NCBI GenBank assembly: GCA_029569255.1
Contig: JAKQUO010000028.1
Span: 1,335 to 65,334 of the forward strand
Direction: 5' to 3'
DNA from: Acidobacteriota bacterium
GTDB taxonomy: Bacteria > Acidobacteriota > Aminicenantia > Aminicenantales > Saccharicenantaceae
DNA length: 64,000 nucleotides
The notes beneath the pieces were generated by a model. The model searched no databases and was not told the DNA's origin. It saw nothing but the letters and a program-made list of their open reading frames with translations. How positions within the stretch are numbered: position 1 is the first letter of the stretch; every line of letters begins with the position of its first letter. Below, in pieces: positions 51,918-60,806 of the stretch. The translations under genes were made by a program, and so were the position numbers.

Positions 51918-53372
51918 ATGGCCACCACTCTCGGCGAGCTCAATCCCCGGCTTCTTTGGAAGCATTTCGCCAAGATCCTGACCATCCCCCACTGCTCGGG
52001 CCACGAGAAAGCCCTGGGCGACTATGTCCTCGGCGTCGCCGCGGCCCTCGGACTTCCCGGCAAGCGCGACAAGGTCGGCAACGTCGTCGTCGGCAAGCCG
52101 GCGACGGCCGGACGCGATGGCGCGGTCGGCGTCATCCTCCAGGGGCACCTGGACATGGTCTGCGAGAAGGACTCGGACAAGACCCACGACTTCTCCAAGG
52201 ACCCCATCCAGGCCGAGATCAAGGGCGATTGGGTCTACGCCCGGGGGACGACCCTCGGCGCCGACAACGGCATCGGCCTGGCCGCGGCCCTCGCGGTCAT
52301 GGAGGACGCCTCCCTCGTCCACGGCCCGCTCGAGTTCCTCTTCACGGTCGACGAGGAGACGGGTCTGACCGGGGCCAACAAGATCCAGAAGGGCTTCCTC
52401 GCGGGCAAGATGCTCCTCAACCTCGACAGCGAGGACGAGGGCGTCTTCACCATCGGCTGCGCCGGCGGCGCCGATTCCAAGCTCGTCCTGCCGCTCGAGC
52501 GGAAGAAGACCGCTTCGAAGAACCTCTACAGGCTCCATGTCCGCGGCCTCCGCGGCGGCCATTCCGGGATCGACATCAACCAGGGCCGGGGCAACGCCAT
52601 CAAGCTCCTGGCCCGGGTCCTGGACCAGGCCCGGGCGACGGCCGAGTTCGAGCTCGTCGGCGTCGAGGGGGGCAGCAAGCACAACGCCATCCCCCGCGAG
52701 GCCGTCGCCGTCCTGGCCTGCCCTCCGGTCCAAGTGCGGCCGCTGGCCGCGGCGGTCAAGAAGGCCTTCGACAAGATCAAGGTCGAGTTCAAGGCCGTCG
52801 AGCCCGGGGCCGACTACACCCTCGAGCCCCTGTCGGGCAGGGACTTCGCCCTGAGCCGGGCGAGCCGGCAGGTCCTCGTCGATTTTCTCCTGGCCCTCCC
52901 CCACGGCGTCATCGCCATGCACCCCGAGATCGCCGGCCTGGTCGAGACCTCGACCAACCTGGCCATCGTCAAGACGGGGAAGAAGGACTTCTCCGTCCTC
53001 TGCAGCACCCGCAGCTCGGCCGCCTCGGCCCTCGAGGCGACGCGCGGCGTCATCCGGTCCGTCTGCGCCCTGGCCGGGGCCAAGGCCGAGCTCGAGGACG
53101 GCTACCCCGGCTGGATGCCCGACCTCGAGTCCCCGCTCCTCGGAAAGCTCAAGGGCATCTACCGGGCGACCTTCGGCAAGGAGGCCGAGGTCATGGCCAT
53201 CCACGCCGGGCTCGAATGCGGCATCATCGGCGAGAAGTTCCCGGGCATGGACATGATCTCCTTCGGCCCGACCATCAAGAACCCGCACTCGCCGGAGGAG
53301 CACGTCCACATCGGCTCCGTGGAAAAGTTCTGGACGTTCCTCACGGCGTCGATCGACGGCCTTTCGGCGTGA
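51918..53372 (+). CDS. pepD: Aminoacyl-histidine dipeptidase (M20C, PepD-like cytosol non-specific dipeptidase)
   Basis: 484 aa. HLDMVCEKD and [12 protein letters not shown] metal-binding blocks. [11 protein letters not shown]-terminus typical of PepD. Confidence 0.75.
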   Translation: MATTLGELNPRLLWKHFAKILTIPHCSGHEKALGDYVLGVAAALGLPGKRDKVGNVVVGKPATAGRDGAVGVILQGHLDMVCEKDSDKTHDFSKDPIQAEIKGDWVYARGTTLGADNGIGLAAALAVMEDASLVHGPLEFLFTVDEETGLTGANKIQKGFLAGKMLLNLDSEDEGVFTIGCAGGADSKLVLPLERKKTASKNLYRLHVRGLRGGHSGIDINQGRGNAIKLLARVLDQARATAEFELVGVEGGSKHNAIPREAVAVLACPPVQVRPLAAAVKKAFDKIKVEFKAVEPGADYTLEPLSGRDFALSRASRQVLVDFLLALPHGVIAMHPEIAGLVETSTNLAIVKTGKKDFSVLCSTRSSAASALEATRGVIRSVCALAGAKAELEDGYPGWMPDLESPLLGKLKGIYRATFGKEAEVMAIHAGLECGIIGEKFPGMDMISFGPTIKNPHSPEEHVHIGSVEKFWTFLTASIDGLSA

Positions 53373-53449
53373 ACAGAAGACGATTCCTGGCCGCCGCTGG
53401 CCTCGCGGCCGCGGCCAAGGCGTTCGGCGGCCGGCAAAGGAGCGCACCG

Positions 53450-53830
53450 ATGAAGAGACAGGTCCAGACCGACAAGGCCCCCAAGGCCATCGGCCCGTAT
53501 TCGCAGGGCATCGTCGCCAACGGCTTCGTGTTCTGCTCGGGCCAGATCCCCATCGACCCGGCCACGGGGGAGCTCAACAACGGCACGATCGAGGAGCAGA
53601 CCCGCCAGGTCCTCAAGAACGTCGCGGCCGTCCTCGAGGCGGCCGGCTCGTCGCTCGAGGAGGCGGTCAAGTGCACGGTCTTCCTCCAGGACATGAACGA
53701 TTTCGCCAAGATGAACGCGGTCTACGCCGAGTTCTTCAAGGCCCCCAGCCCGGCCCGGGCCGCCGTCCAGGTCGCCCGGCTGCCGCGCGACGTCAAGGTG
53801 GAGATCGAGGCCATCGCGCTCGTCAAGTAG
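53450..53830 (+). CDS. ridA: RidA-family reactive enamine/imine deaminase (YjgF/TdcF)
   Basis: [25 protein letters not shown]...[33 protein letters not shown]. Confidence 0.85.
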   Translation: MKRQVQTDKAPKAIGPYSQGIVANGFVFCSGQIPIDPATGELNNGTIEEQTRQVLKNVAAVLEAAGSSLEEAVKCTVFLQDMNDFAKMNAVYAEFFKAPSPARAAVQVARLPRDVKVEIEAIALVK

Positions 53831-54055
53831 CCGCTTTCAGGAGCGTCCGCCGGGGGCCTCGGGGATCGTCTCCGTTCGCTGCAGCGATTTTTTACGCCGC
53901 CCCGGTCCGGAGCCCGTTCTTAGGTCTCCGTCCCGAGGCCGGCTAAATCGCTGCTTCATGCTCACTCTGACGATACCCCTCACCCCAGCTTCGGCGGTTC
54001 GCAGTCTCCCGTCCCGGCACAAGCCCGGGACATGGACTGGAAGTCCGGGATCCGC

Positions 54056-54061
54056 TAAAAT
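54056..54061 (+). promoter_or_regulatory. -10 box TAAAAT ending 8 nt before the fmdB-like ATG (leaderless-type)
   Basis: ccgcTAAAATagatcctcATG, the same architecture as at 34138..34156. Confidence 0.4.
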
Positions 54062-54069
54062 AGATCCTC

Positions 54070-54288
54070 ATGCCTATTTATGAATACGATTGCAAGGCCT
54101 GCGGCAGGAGGTTCGAGCGCCTCGTCGCCGCCGGGAAAGAGAAGGACGTCGCCTGCGACGCCTGCGGGTCGGCCGACGTCGCGAGGCTGGTCTCCTGCTT
54201 CGGCATCGGCGGAGGCGGGAGCCGGCTCAAGGCTTCCTCGTCGGGCTGCGCGAGCTGTTCGACCAAGTCCTGCGGCACCTGCCACTGA
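54070..54288 (+). CDS. FmdB-family zinc-ribbon protein (putative regulatory)
   Basis: MPIYEYDCKACGRRFE...CDACGS: two CxxC pairs at the spacing typical of FmdB proteins. Confidence 0.7.
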   Translation: MPIYEYDCKACGRRFERLVAAGKEKDVACDACGSADVARLVSCFGIGGGGSRLKASSSGCASCSTKSCGTCH

Positions 54289-54379
54289 ACGGACGGGCGA
54301 TCCGGGTCCCCGCCTCGTTCCCGGGCGGTTCCCTCTATTGACACGGTCCCGGGCTTGACGATTAAATAGGCCCTCGCCC

Positions 54380-56404
54380 ATGCTCAAAACGCTCCATGCC
54401 GCCAGCGTCCGCGTCGGCGTGGACACCGGCGGCACGTTCACCGACGTCGTCGTCTGGCGCGACGGGCGGCTCTCCAACAGGAAGGTCCTGTCGACGCCGG
54501 AGGACCCCTCATGGGCCGTCTTCGAGGGGCTGGCCGGCGTCCTGGACGACCCGCAGGCCGCGTTCATCGTCCACGGCACGACGGTGGCCACCAACGCCCT
54601 CCTCCAGCGCCGGGGCGGCCGCGTCGCCCTGGTCACGACGGCCGGCTTCGAGGACGTCCTGGCCATCGGACGGCAGACCCGCCGGGCCCTCTATTCCCTC
54701 CAACCCGAGGCGCGGTTCGAGCTCGTGCCGGCCGGGCGCCGCTTCGGCCTCCGCGAGCGGACCCTGGCCTCGGGCCGCGTGGAGCGGGCGGTCAGCCGGG
54801 CCGAGGCCCGCGGGCTGGCCGCCCGGATCAAGGCCGCCGGGGCCGAGGCCGTGGCCGTCTGCCTGCTGCATTCCTACGCCAACCCGAAGAACGAGGAAGC
54901 GGTCGCCGCCGAGCTCGAGCGGGCCGGCCTGCTCGTCGCGGTCTCGAGCCGCCTTCTCCCGGAGCACCGCGAGTTCGAGCGCATGTCGACGACGGCCACC
55001 AACGCCTACCTCATGCCGGTCATGGACCGCTACCTCGACCGGCTCGGCCGCGGCCTCCGCGGGGCCGAGCTGCGGATCATGCAGTCGAACGAGGGCTACA
55101 TCTCGCCGGCCCGGGCCCGCCTCGAGCCGATCAAGACCGCCCTGTCCGGGCCGGCCGGAGGGGTCGTCGGCGCCCGGGCCCTGGCCCGGGCGGCCGGGTT
55201 CCCCGACGTCGTCAGCTTCGACATGGGCGGGACCTCGACCGACGTCTCGCTCATCGAGGGCGCGATCCGGCGGACCCACGAGAGCCGGGTCGGGGACTTC
55301 CCCATCCGCCTGCCCGTCATAGACATCCACTCGGTCGGTTCCGGCGGCGGATCGATCGCCGAGGTCGACCGGGGCGGCTCCCTCCGCGTCGGCCCCCGGA
55401 GCGCCGGGGCCGACCCCGGCCCGGCCTGCTACGGCCGGGGCGACCTGCCGACCGTGACCGACGCCAACCTCTGCCTCGGGCGCCTGGACCCGGACTTCTT
55501 CCTGGGCGGCCGGATGCGGATCTATCCCGAGAGGAGCCGGGCGGCCGTCGGGGCCCTGGCCCGCCGGATCGGGAAGTCCGAGCGGGAGACGGCGCTGGGC
55601 ATCGTCGCCATCGCCAACGCCAACATGGAGAAGGCCATCCGGGTCATCTCCGTCGAGCGCGGCCACGACCCCCGGGCCTTCGCCCTTTTCCCCTTCGGCG
55701 GGGCCGGCGGCATGCACGCCGTCGAGATGGCCGGGCACCTGGGCATGCCCGCCGTCGTCGTCCCCCGCAACGCCGGCGTCCTCTCGGCTTTCGGGCTGCT
55801 CGTGGCCGACCCGGTCAAGGATTACACGAAGTCCGTCATGAAGCCCGCCGCCGCCGTCGGCTCCTCCCGGCTCGAGGCGGAGTTCCGCAAGCTCGAGGCG
55901 GCGGCCCGCCGCGACATGGCCGGCGACGGCTTCGCCGCGGCGGACCTCGTCCTGGAGCGGTCGCTCGACTGCCGCTACATCGGCCAGTCCTACGAGATCG
56001 CGGTGCCGTTCGTCCGGGGGCCGGGCCCGGCCGGCCGGGCCTTCCTCGAGGCCTTCCACCGCCGCCACGCCCGCCTCTATTCCTACAGTCAAGACGGACG
56101 GCCCGTCGAGATCGTCAACATCCGCCTCAAGGCGGCGGCCGTGACCGCCAAGGTCCCGATGGCCCGGGAGCCCGGCGCGCGCGCGCTCGACCCGAGGGCC
56201 GTCGTCCGGAAGCGGCCCGTCTTCTACGGAACGAAGAGCTTGGAAGGAGCCGTCCTCGACAGGTCCCGGCTCCGGCCCGGGAACACGGTCGCCGGCCCGG
56301 CCCTGGTCATCGACCCCGAATCGACGGCCTTCATCCCGCCCGGGCACGCCGCCCGGGTCGACGGCTTCGGCAACCTCGTCATCCGCAAGGCCAGGCGCAG
56401 ATGA
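54380..56404 (+). CDS. Hydantoinase/oxoprolinase family protein, A (beta) subunit (HyuA-like)
   Basis: VGVDTGGTFTDVVV N-terminal ASKHA motif. 674 aa. Confidence 0.85.
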   Translation: MLKTLHAASVRVGVDTGGTFTDVVVWRDGRLSNRKVLSTPEDPSWAVFEGLAGVLDDPQAAFIVHGTTVATNALLQRRGGRVALVTTAGFEDVLAIGRQTRRALYSLQPEARFELVPAGRRFGLRERTLASGRVERAVSRAEARGLAARIKAAGAEAVAVCLLHSYANPKNEEAVAAELERAGLLVAVSSRLLPEHREFERMSTTATNAYLMPVMDRYLDRLGRGLRGAELRIMQSNEGYISPARARLEPIKTALSGPAGGVVGARALARAAGFPDVVSFDMGGTSTDVSLIEGAIRRTHESRVGDFPIRLPVIDIHSVGSGGGSIAEVDRGGSLRVGPRSAGADPGPACYGRGDLPTVTDANLCLGRLDPDFFLGGRMRIYPERSRAAVGALARRIGKSERETALGIVAIANANMEKAIRVISVERGHDPRAFALFPFGGAGGMHAVEMAGHLGMPAVVVPRNAGVLSAFGLLVADPVKDYTKSVMKPAAAVGSSRLEAEFRKLEAAARRDMAGDGFAAADLVLERSLDCRYIGQSYEIAVPFVRGPGPAGRAFLEAFHRRHARLYSYSQDGRPVEIVNIRLKAAAVTAKVPMAREPGARALDPRAVVRKRPVFYGTKSLEGAVLDRSRLRPGNTVAGPALVIDPESTAFIPPGHAARVDGFGNLVIRKARRR

Positions 56405-57972
56405 GAACTCCCGACCCGATCGAGCTGGAGCTCTTCAAGAACGTCTTCATCGCCGTCTCCGAGGAGATGGGGGCCGTCCTCGGCCGCACGGCCCTGTCCC
56501 CCAACATCAAGGAGCGCAAGGACTATTCCTGCTCGCTCTTCAACGCCCGGGGCGAGACGCTGGCCCAGGGCTCCCACATCCCCGTCCACCTCGGGGCCAT
56601 GCCGCTGTCCGTGCAGGCCGCCCTCCGGGCCATGGCCTTCGACCGGGGCGACCTCGTCATCCTCAACGACCCCTACCGCGGCGGGACCCACCTGCCCGAC
56701 ATCACCTGCATCTCCCCCGTCTTCCTGGGGAGGCGCCTGAGCTTCTTCGTCGCCAACCGGGCCCACCACTCCGACGTCGGGGGCATGACCCCGGGCTCCA
56801 TGCCCCTGGCCACCGAGCTTTTCCAGGAGGGGCTGATCATCCCGCCGCTCAAGCTCTACGCCCGGGGCCGGATGAACCGGGACGTCTTCGACCTCCTTCT
56901 CTCCAACGTCCGGACGCCCGACGAGCGGCGCGGCGACCTGCTGGCCCAGATCGCGGCCAACGAGGTCGGCCGGACCCGGCTCGAGGAGGCCGTCCGCCGC
57001 TTCGGCGCGGCCAAGGTCCGGCTCTATTCGAAGCTCATCCAGGATTACACCGAAGGCATCCTGCGGGCCGCGATCAGGGCCATCCCCGACGGCGTCTACG
57101 CCTTCGAGGACCGCCTCGACGACGACGGCGTCTCGAACCGCCCGGTCAAGATCGGCGTCCGGGTGACCGTCCGCGGCGACCGGGCCGTGATCGACTTCAG
57201 CCCGTCCTCGCCGCAGACCGAGGGCGGGGTCAACGCCAACTACGCCATCACCTCGTCGGCCGTCCTCTACGTCTTCCGCTCGCTCGTCGAGGAGGACATC
57301 CCCTTCAACACGGGGCTGATGCGGCCGCTCGAGATCGTGGCCCCGCCCCGCTCGATCGTCAACGCCGTCTTCCCGGCCGCCTGCGCCGGCGGCAACGTCG
57401 AGACGTCGCAGCGCATCGTCGACGTCCTGCTCGGCGCCCTGGCCCAGGCCCTGCCCGGCCGCATCCCGGCGGCGAGCCAGGGCACCATGAACAACATCGC
57501 CTTCGGCGGATACGACCCGGACGCGGCCAGGCCCTTCGCCTATTACGAGACGATCGGCGGCGGCATGGGGGCCGGCGCCTCGGCCGACGGCCTCGACGGG
57601 GTCCACACCCACATGACCAACTCCCTCAACACGCCGATCGAGGCCCTGGAGAACTACCTGCCGCTGCGGATCCGGCGCTACGGGCTGCGCCGCGGCTCGG
57701 GGGGCCGCGGCCTCCACCGCGGCGGCCGGGGGATCGTCCGGGAATACGAGTTCCGCGTCCCGGCCGCGCTGACCATCATGTCGGAGCGGCGGCGCTTCGC
57801 GCCCTACGGCGTCCGGGGCGGGCGGCCGGGAGCCAGGGGCCGGAACACGCTCGTCACCGCCCGGGGGACCCGGGTCCTCGGCTCCAAGGTCAACATCAAG
57901 CTCCGCCCGGGCGACGTCCTCAGGATCGAGACGCCCGGCGGCGGCGGCTACGGCCGGGCCCGGGGCCGGTGA
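56401..57972 (+). CDS. Hydantoinase B / oxoprolinase family protein (HyuB-like)
   Basis: IELELFKNVFIAVSEEMG...NDPYRGGTHLPD. ATGA overlap with the HyuA-like gene. Confidence 0.85.
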   Translation: MRTPDPIELELFKNVFIAVSEEMGAVLGRTALSPNIKERKDYSCSLFNARGETLAQGSHIPVHLGAMPLSVQAALRAMAFDRGDLVILNDPYRGGTHLPDITCISPVFLGRRLSFFVANRAHHSDVGGMTPGSMPLATELFQEGLIIPPLKLYARGRMNRDVFDLLLSNVRTPDERRGDLLAQIAANEVGRTRLEEAVRRFGAAKVRLYSKLIQDYTEGILRAAIRAIPDGVYAFEDRLDDDGVSNRPVKIGVRVTVRGDRAVIDFSPSSPQTEGGVNANYAITSSAVLYVFRSLVEEDIPFNTGLMRPLEIVAPPRSIVNAVFPAACAGGNVETSQRIVDVLLGALAQALPGRIPAASQGTMNNIAFGGYDPDAARPFAYYETIGGGMGAGASADGLDGVHTHMTNSLNTPIEALENYLPLRIRRYGLRRGSGGRGLHRGGRGIVREYEFRVPAALTIMSERRRFAPYGVRGGRPGARGRNTLVTARGTRVLGSKVNIKLRPGDVLRIETPGGGGYGRARGR

Positions 57973-57995
57973 AGGAGGAGGCCCTGAAGTGAGCC

Positions 57996-58472
57996 CTAGG
58001 CCTTCTTGAGCTTGTCCTTCTCGATGAGCAGCATGCCCTGGTAGGAAACGTAGTTCAGGAGGATCATGACCCGCTCGTTCGGGCCGAGCTCCTTGCGGAA
58101 GATCCCCTTGAGGCCCTTGAGCGGCCCCTCGACGACCTCGATCTCGTCCCCGGCGACCGGCTCCTCCCCGTACTTCTCGAAAACGACGAGCCCGTCCTTT
58201 TCCCGGGCCTTGATGCCGAGGATGACCTCTTCCGGGACCGGGGTCGGGCCGGCGTCGTTGCCGACGACGCGCTTGACGCCGCGGGTGTATTTGACCATCT
58301 GGTACTGCTCGGGATATTCGAAGAGAAGGAAAGCGTAGCCGGGAAAGAAGGGCCCGACCCGCTTCTCGCGGACGTACTTCGGGCAGTAGATGGTGAACCC
58401 GCCCTCGGTGAAGAGGCGTTCGACCTGGCCCTCCTTCTTCGGCCTGGTGTTGACGACGTACCAGCGCGGCAT
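57996..58472 (-). CDS. RfaH-like NusG-family transcription antiterminator (NGN plus KOW domains)
   Basis: 158 aa. MPRWYVVNTRPKKEGQVERL...PFFPGYAFLLFEY and the C-terminal GDEIEVVEGPLKGLKGIFRK...MLLIEKD are collinear with E. coli RfaH as recalled. Start at complement 58470..58472, overlapping the upstream stop (TGATG). Confidence 0.75.
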   Translation of the reverse strand: MPRWYVVNTRPKKEGQVERLFTEGGFTIYCPKYVREKRVGPFFPGYAFLLFEYPEQYQMVKYTRGVKRVVGNDAGPTPVPEEVILGIKAREKDGLVVFEKYGEEPVAGDEIEVVEGPLKGLKGIFRKELGPNERVMILLNYVSYQGMLLIEKDKLKKA

Positions 58473-59314
58473 CAGCGGGCCTTGCGTTCCGGGTCGGCGA
58501 GCCCCATCCGGCCGTAGACCTCGGGCCGCCGGTCCTCGAGGAAATGGCGGGCGGCGTGCGAGGCCCGGTTCCGCCGGAGATCGCAGTCGGCGAAGAGGAT
58601 GTGGTCCTCGCCTCGCGGGGCCCGGGCGATGACCCGCCCGTCCGGATCGACCACGTAGGACTCCCCGGCGAACTCCAGCGCGTCCTCGCGCCCGACCCGG
58701 TTCGCCAGGGCGGCGAAGTAGCCGTTCTGGAAGGCGGCCACCTGGAGCTCGGCCTCGAAAATGCCCTCGGTCCACTCCCCGACCGCCCCGGCCTGGGGCA
58801 CGACGACGAGCTCGGCCCCGGCCAGCCGCAGCCCTCTCATGTATTCGGGAAAATGGCGGTCGTAGCATATGGCGACGCCGATCCGGCCGGCGGCCGTGTC
58901 GAAGACGAAGCTCTCCCGGTCGCCCGGGGCGTAGTAGCCGCGTTCGTGGAAGCCGGGGCCCTCCATGATGTGGACCATGCGCGTGACGCCGAGGAGGCGG
59001 CCGTCGGCGTCGATGACCGGCGAGGAATCGAAGGTCCTCTCCCCGTCCCGCTCGAACAGGTTCAGGACGGCCACCGTGCCGGTCTCGCGGGCCAGGGCGC
59101 GGAAGAGGTCGGTCGTCGGGCCCGGGACGGGCTCGGCCAGACCGGGGCTCGAGGCGGTCGCGGGGGATCGCGGATAGAACGGGGTGAAGGCCAGTTCGGC
59201 GAAGGCGACGAGCTTCGCCCCGGCCCGGGCGGCCTCGAGGAAGGCGCGCTTGCCCCGCTCCAGGTTCTCGGCCGGTTCGCCGGTCGCGCGCTGCTGGACG
59301 AGGGCGATCTTCAA
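58472..59314 (-). CDS. Carbon-nitrogen hydrolase (nitrilase-superfamily) protein
   Basis: LKIALVQQRA...GRIGVAICYDRHFPE (catalytic Cys). TTG start overlapping the pepP stop as TTGA. The 754-aa track ORF is mostly artefact. Confidence 0.7.
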   Translation of the reverse strand: MKIALVQQRATGEPAENLERGKRAFLEAARAGAKLVAFAELAFTPFYPRSPATASSPGLAEPVPGPTTDLFRALARETGTVAVLNLFERDGERTFDSSPVIDADGRLLGVTRMVHIMEGPGFHERGYYAPGDRESFVFDTAAGRIGVAICYDRHFPEYMRGLRLAGAELVVVPQAGAVGEWTEGIFEAELQVAAFQNGYFAALANRVGREDALEFAGESYVVDPDGRVIARAPRGEDHILFADCDLRRNRASHAARHFLEDRRPEVYGRMGLADPERKAR

Positions 59315-60699
59315 GCGCGGCAGGCCCTCTCGACGTCGGCGATCGTCTTCGGGATGGGCGGGCCGAGGACCTTGCGGCCCCTGTCCGTGACCAGGACGTC
59401 GTCCTCGATGCGGACGCCCCCGAAGTCGAGGAACTTCTCGACGGCGTCGTAGACGATGAAGTCCCCGTGTCTCTTCTCCTTGCGCCACAGGGCGTACAGG
59501 GCGGGGATGAAATAGAGCCCCGGCTCGACCGTCAGGACGTGGCCGGGCTTGAGCTCCCGGGCCATGCGCAGGTAGGCCAGCCCGAACTGCCGGCTGCGCT
59601 CGACCTTCTCGCCGTACCCGACGTAGTTCTCGCCGTAGTCCTCCATGTCGTGGACGTCCAGGCCGATGTTGTGGCCCAGGCCGTGGGGGAAGAAGAGGGC
59701 GTGGGCCCCGGCGGCGACCGCCTCGGCCGCGTCGCCCTTCATCAGGCCGAGCCCCTTGAGGCCTTCGGCCATGAGCCGGGCCGTCCGGAGATGGACGTCC
59801 TTGAAGTTGACGCCGGGCTTGATCGCCTTGATGGCCGATTCCTGCCCGGCCAGGACGATCCCGTAGATGTCCTTCTGGCGGCGGTTGAACTTGCCGCCCA
59901 CGGGGATGGACCGGGTGATGTCCGAGGCGTAGCCGCTGGGCGCCTCCGCGCCGCAGTCGCAGAGGAGCATCCGGCCCCGGGTGAGGACGTTGTCTTGGGC
60001 GTGCATGTGGAAGATCTGGCCGTTGACCGTGACGATGGGCGGGAAGGCCAGGCGGCAGCCGTTGGCCAGGGCGATGCCCTCCATGGCCCCGGAGATCTGG
60101 TACTCGTACCGGCCGGGCTTGGCCAGGGCCATGGCCGCCAGGTACATCTCGCGGCTGACGGCCGCGGCCGACTCCATCTCCCGGACCTCCTCCTTGGTCT
60201 TGATGATGCGCTGCTCGACCGCGGCCTTGATGAAGGAGGCCGAGGCCTTGGCCTTGAGCTCGCCGACCGGGACGCCCAGGAGCCCGCTCAGGACGATCTT
60301 GTTGTCCGGCCGGTAGGGCGGCAGGTAATGGATGGTCCTGCCGGCGGCCAGGGCCTTGCGCACGACCTCGTCGAAGGCGGCCCGCGGCTTGACCCGCCCG
60401 ACGCCGGCCTCGAGGGCCCGGTCCTTGAGCTTGGGCAGCTCCCCCTCCCAGATGATGTCCTCGATGCCGTGGTCGTCGCCGAACAGGGTGTCGCGGCCCT
60501 CGTCGGCGTCTATGACGGCGGCCAGGCCGGGCGAGGCCAGCCCGAAGAAGTACAGGAACGAGCTGTCCTGGCGGTAACGGTAGGCGTTGGCCGGGTAGTT
60601 CATCGGGCTTTCCTCGTTGGCCAGGAAGATCATCAGGCCCGAGCCGACCGACTTCTTCAGGCGCTTCCGTCGCTCGACGTAGGTCGCGGCTTTGAACAT
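59311..60699 (-). CDS. pepP: Xaa-Pro aminopeptidase (M24B, PepP/PepQ-like)
   Basis: 462 aa. Pita-bread metal ligands in CDCGAEAPSGYASDITR...HGLGHNIGLDVHD...VEPGLY. Confidence 0.8.
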   Translation of the reverse strand: MFKAATYVERRKRLKKSVGSGLMIFLANEESPMNYPANAYRYRQDSSFLYFFGLASPGLAAVIDADEGRDTLFGDDHGIEDIIWEGELPKLKDRALEAGVGRVKPRAAFDEVVRKALAAGRTIHYLPPYRPDNKIVLSGLLGVPVGELKAKASASFIKAAVEQRIIKTKEEVREMESAAAVSREMYLAAMALAKPGRYEYQISGAMEGIALANGCRLAFPPIVTVNGQIFHMHAQDNVLTRGRMLLCDCGAEAPSGYASDITRSIPVGGKFNRRQKDIYGIVLAGQESAIKAIKPGVNFKDVHLRTARLMAEGLKGLGLMKGDAAEAVAAGAHALFFPHGLGHNIGLDVHDMEDYGENYVGYGEKVERSRQFGLAYLRMARELKPGHVLTVEPGLYFIPALYALWRKEKRHGDFIVYDAVEKFLDFGGVRIEDDVLVTDRGRKVLGPPIPKTIADVERACRA

Positions 60700-60806
60700 G
60701 TCGTCCTCCTCGAAGGGTCTCCCCGGATTCTATCACAGTGCCGGCGCCGATTGAAACGGCCGGGGCGCGATGCTATGATGCGGAGGCATCCCGGGAGGAG
60801 GCCGTC

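Noticed and set aside
54078-54358. Overlapping ORFs antisense to, or out of frame with, the FmdB-like gene (54078..54344 -, 54080..54358 +, 54090..54341 +)
   Set aside because: The FmdB-family CxxC zinc-ribbon reading (54070..54288) has the only recognisable fold and sits correctly behind a promoter. The others are frame artefacts.
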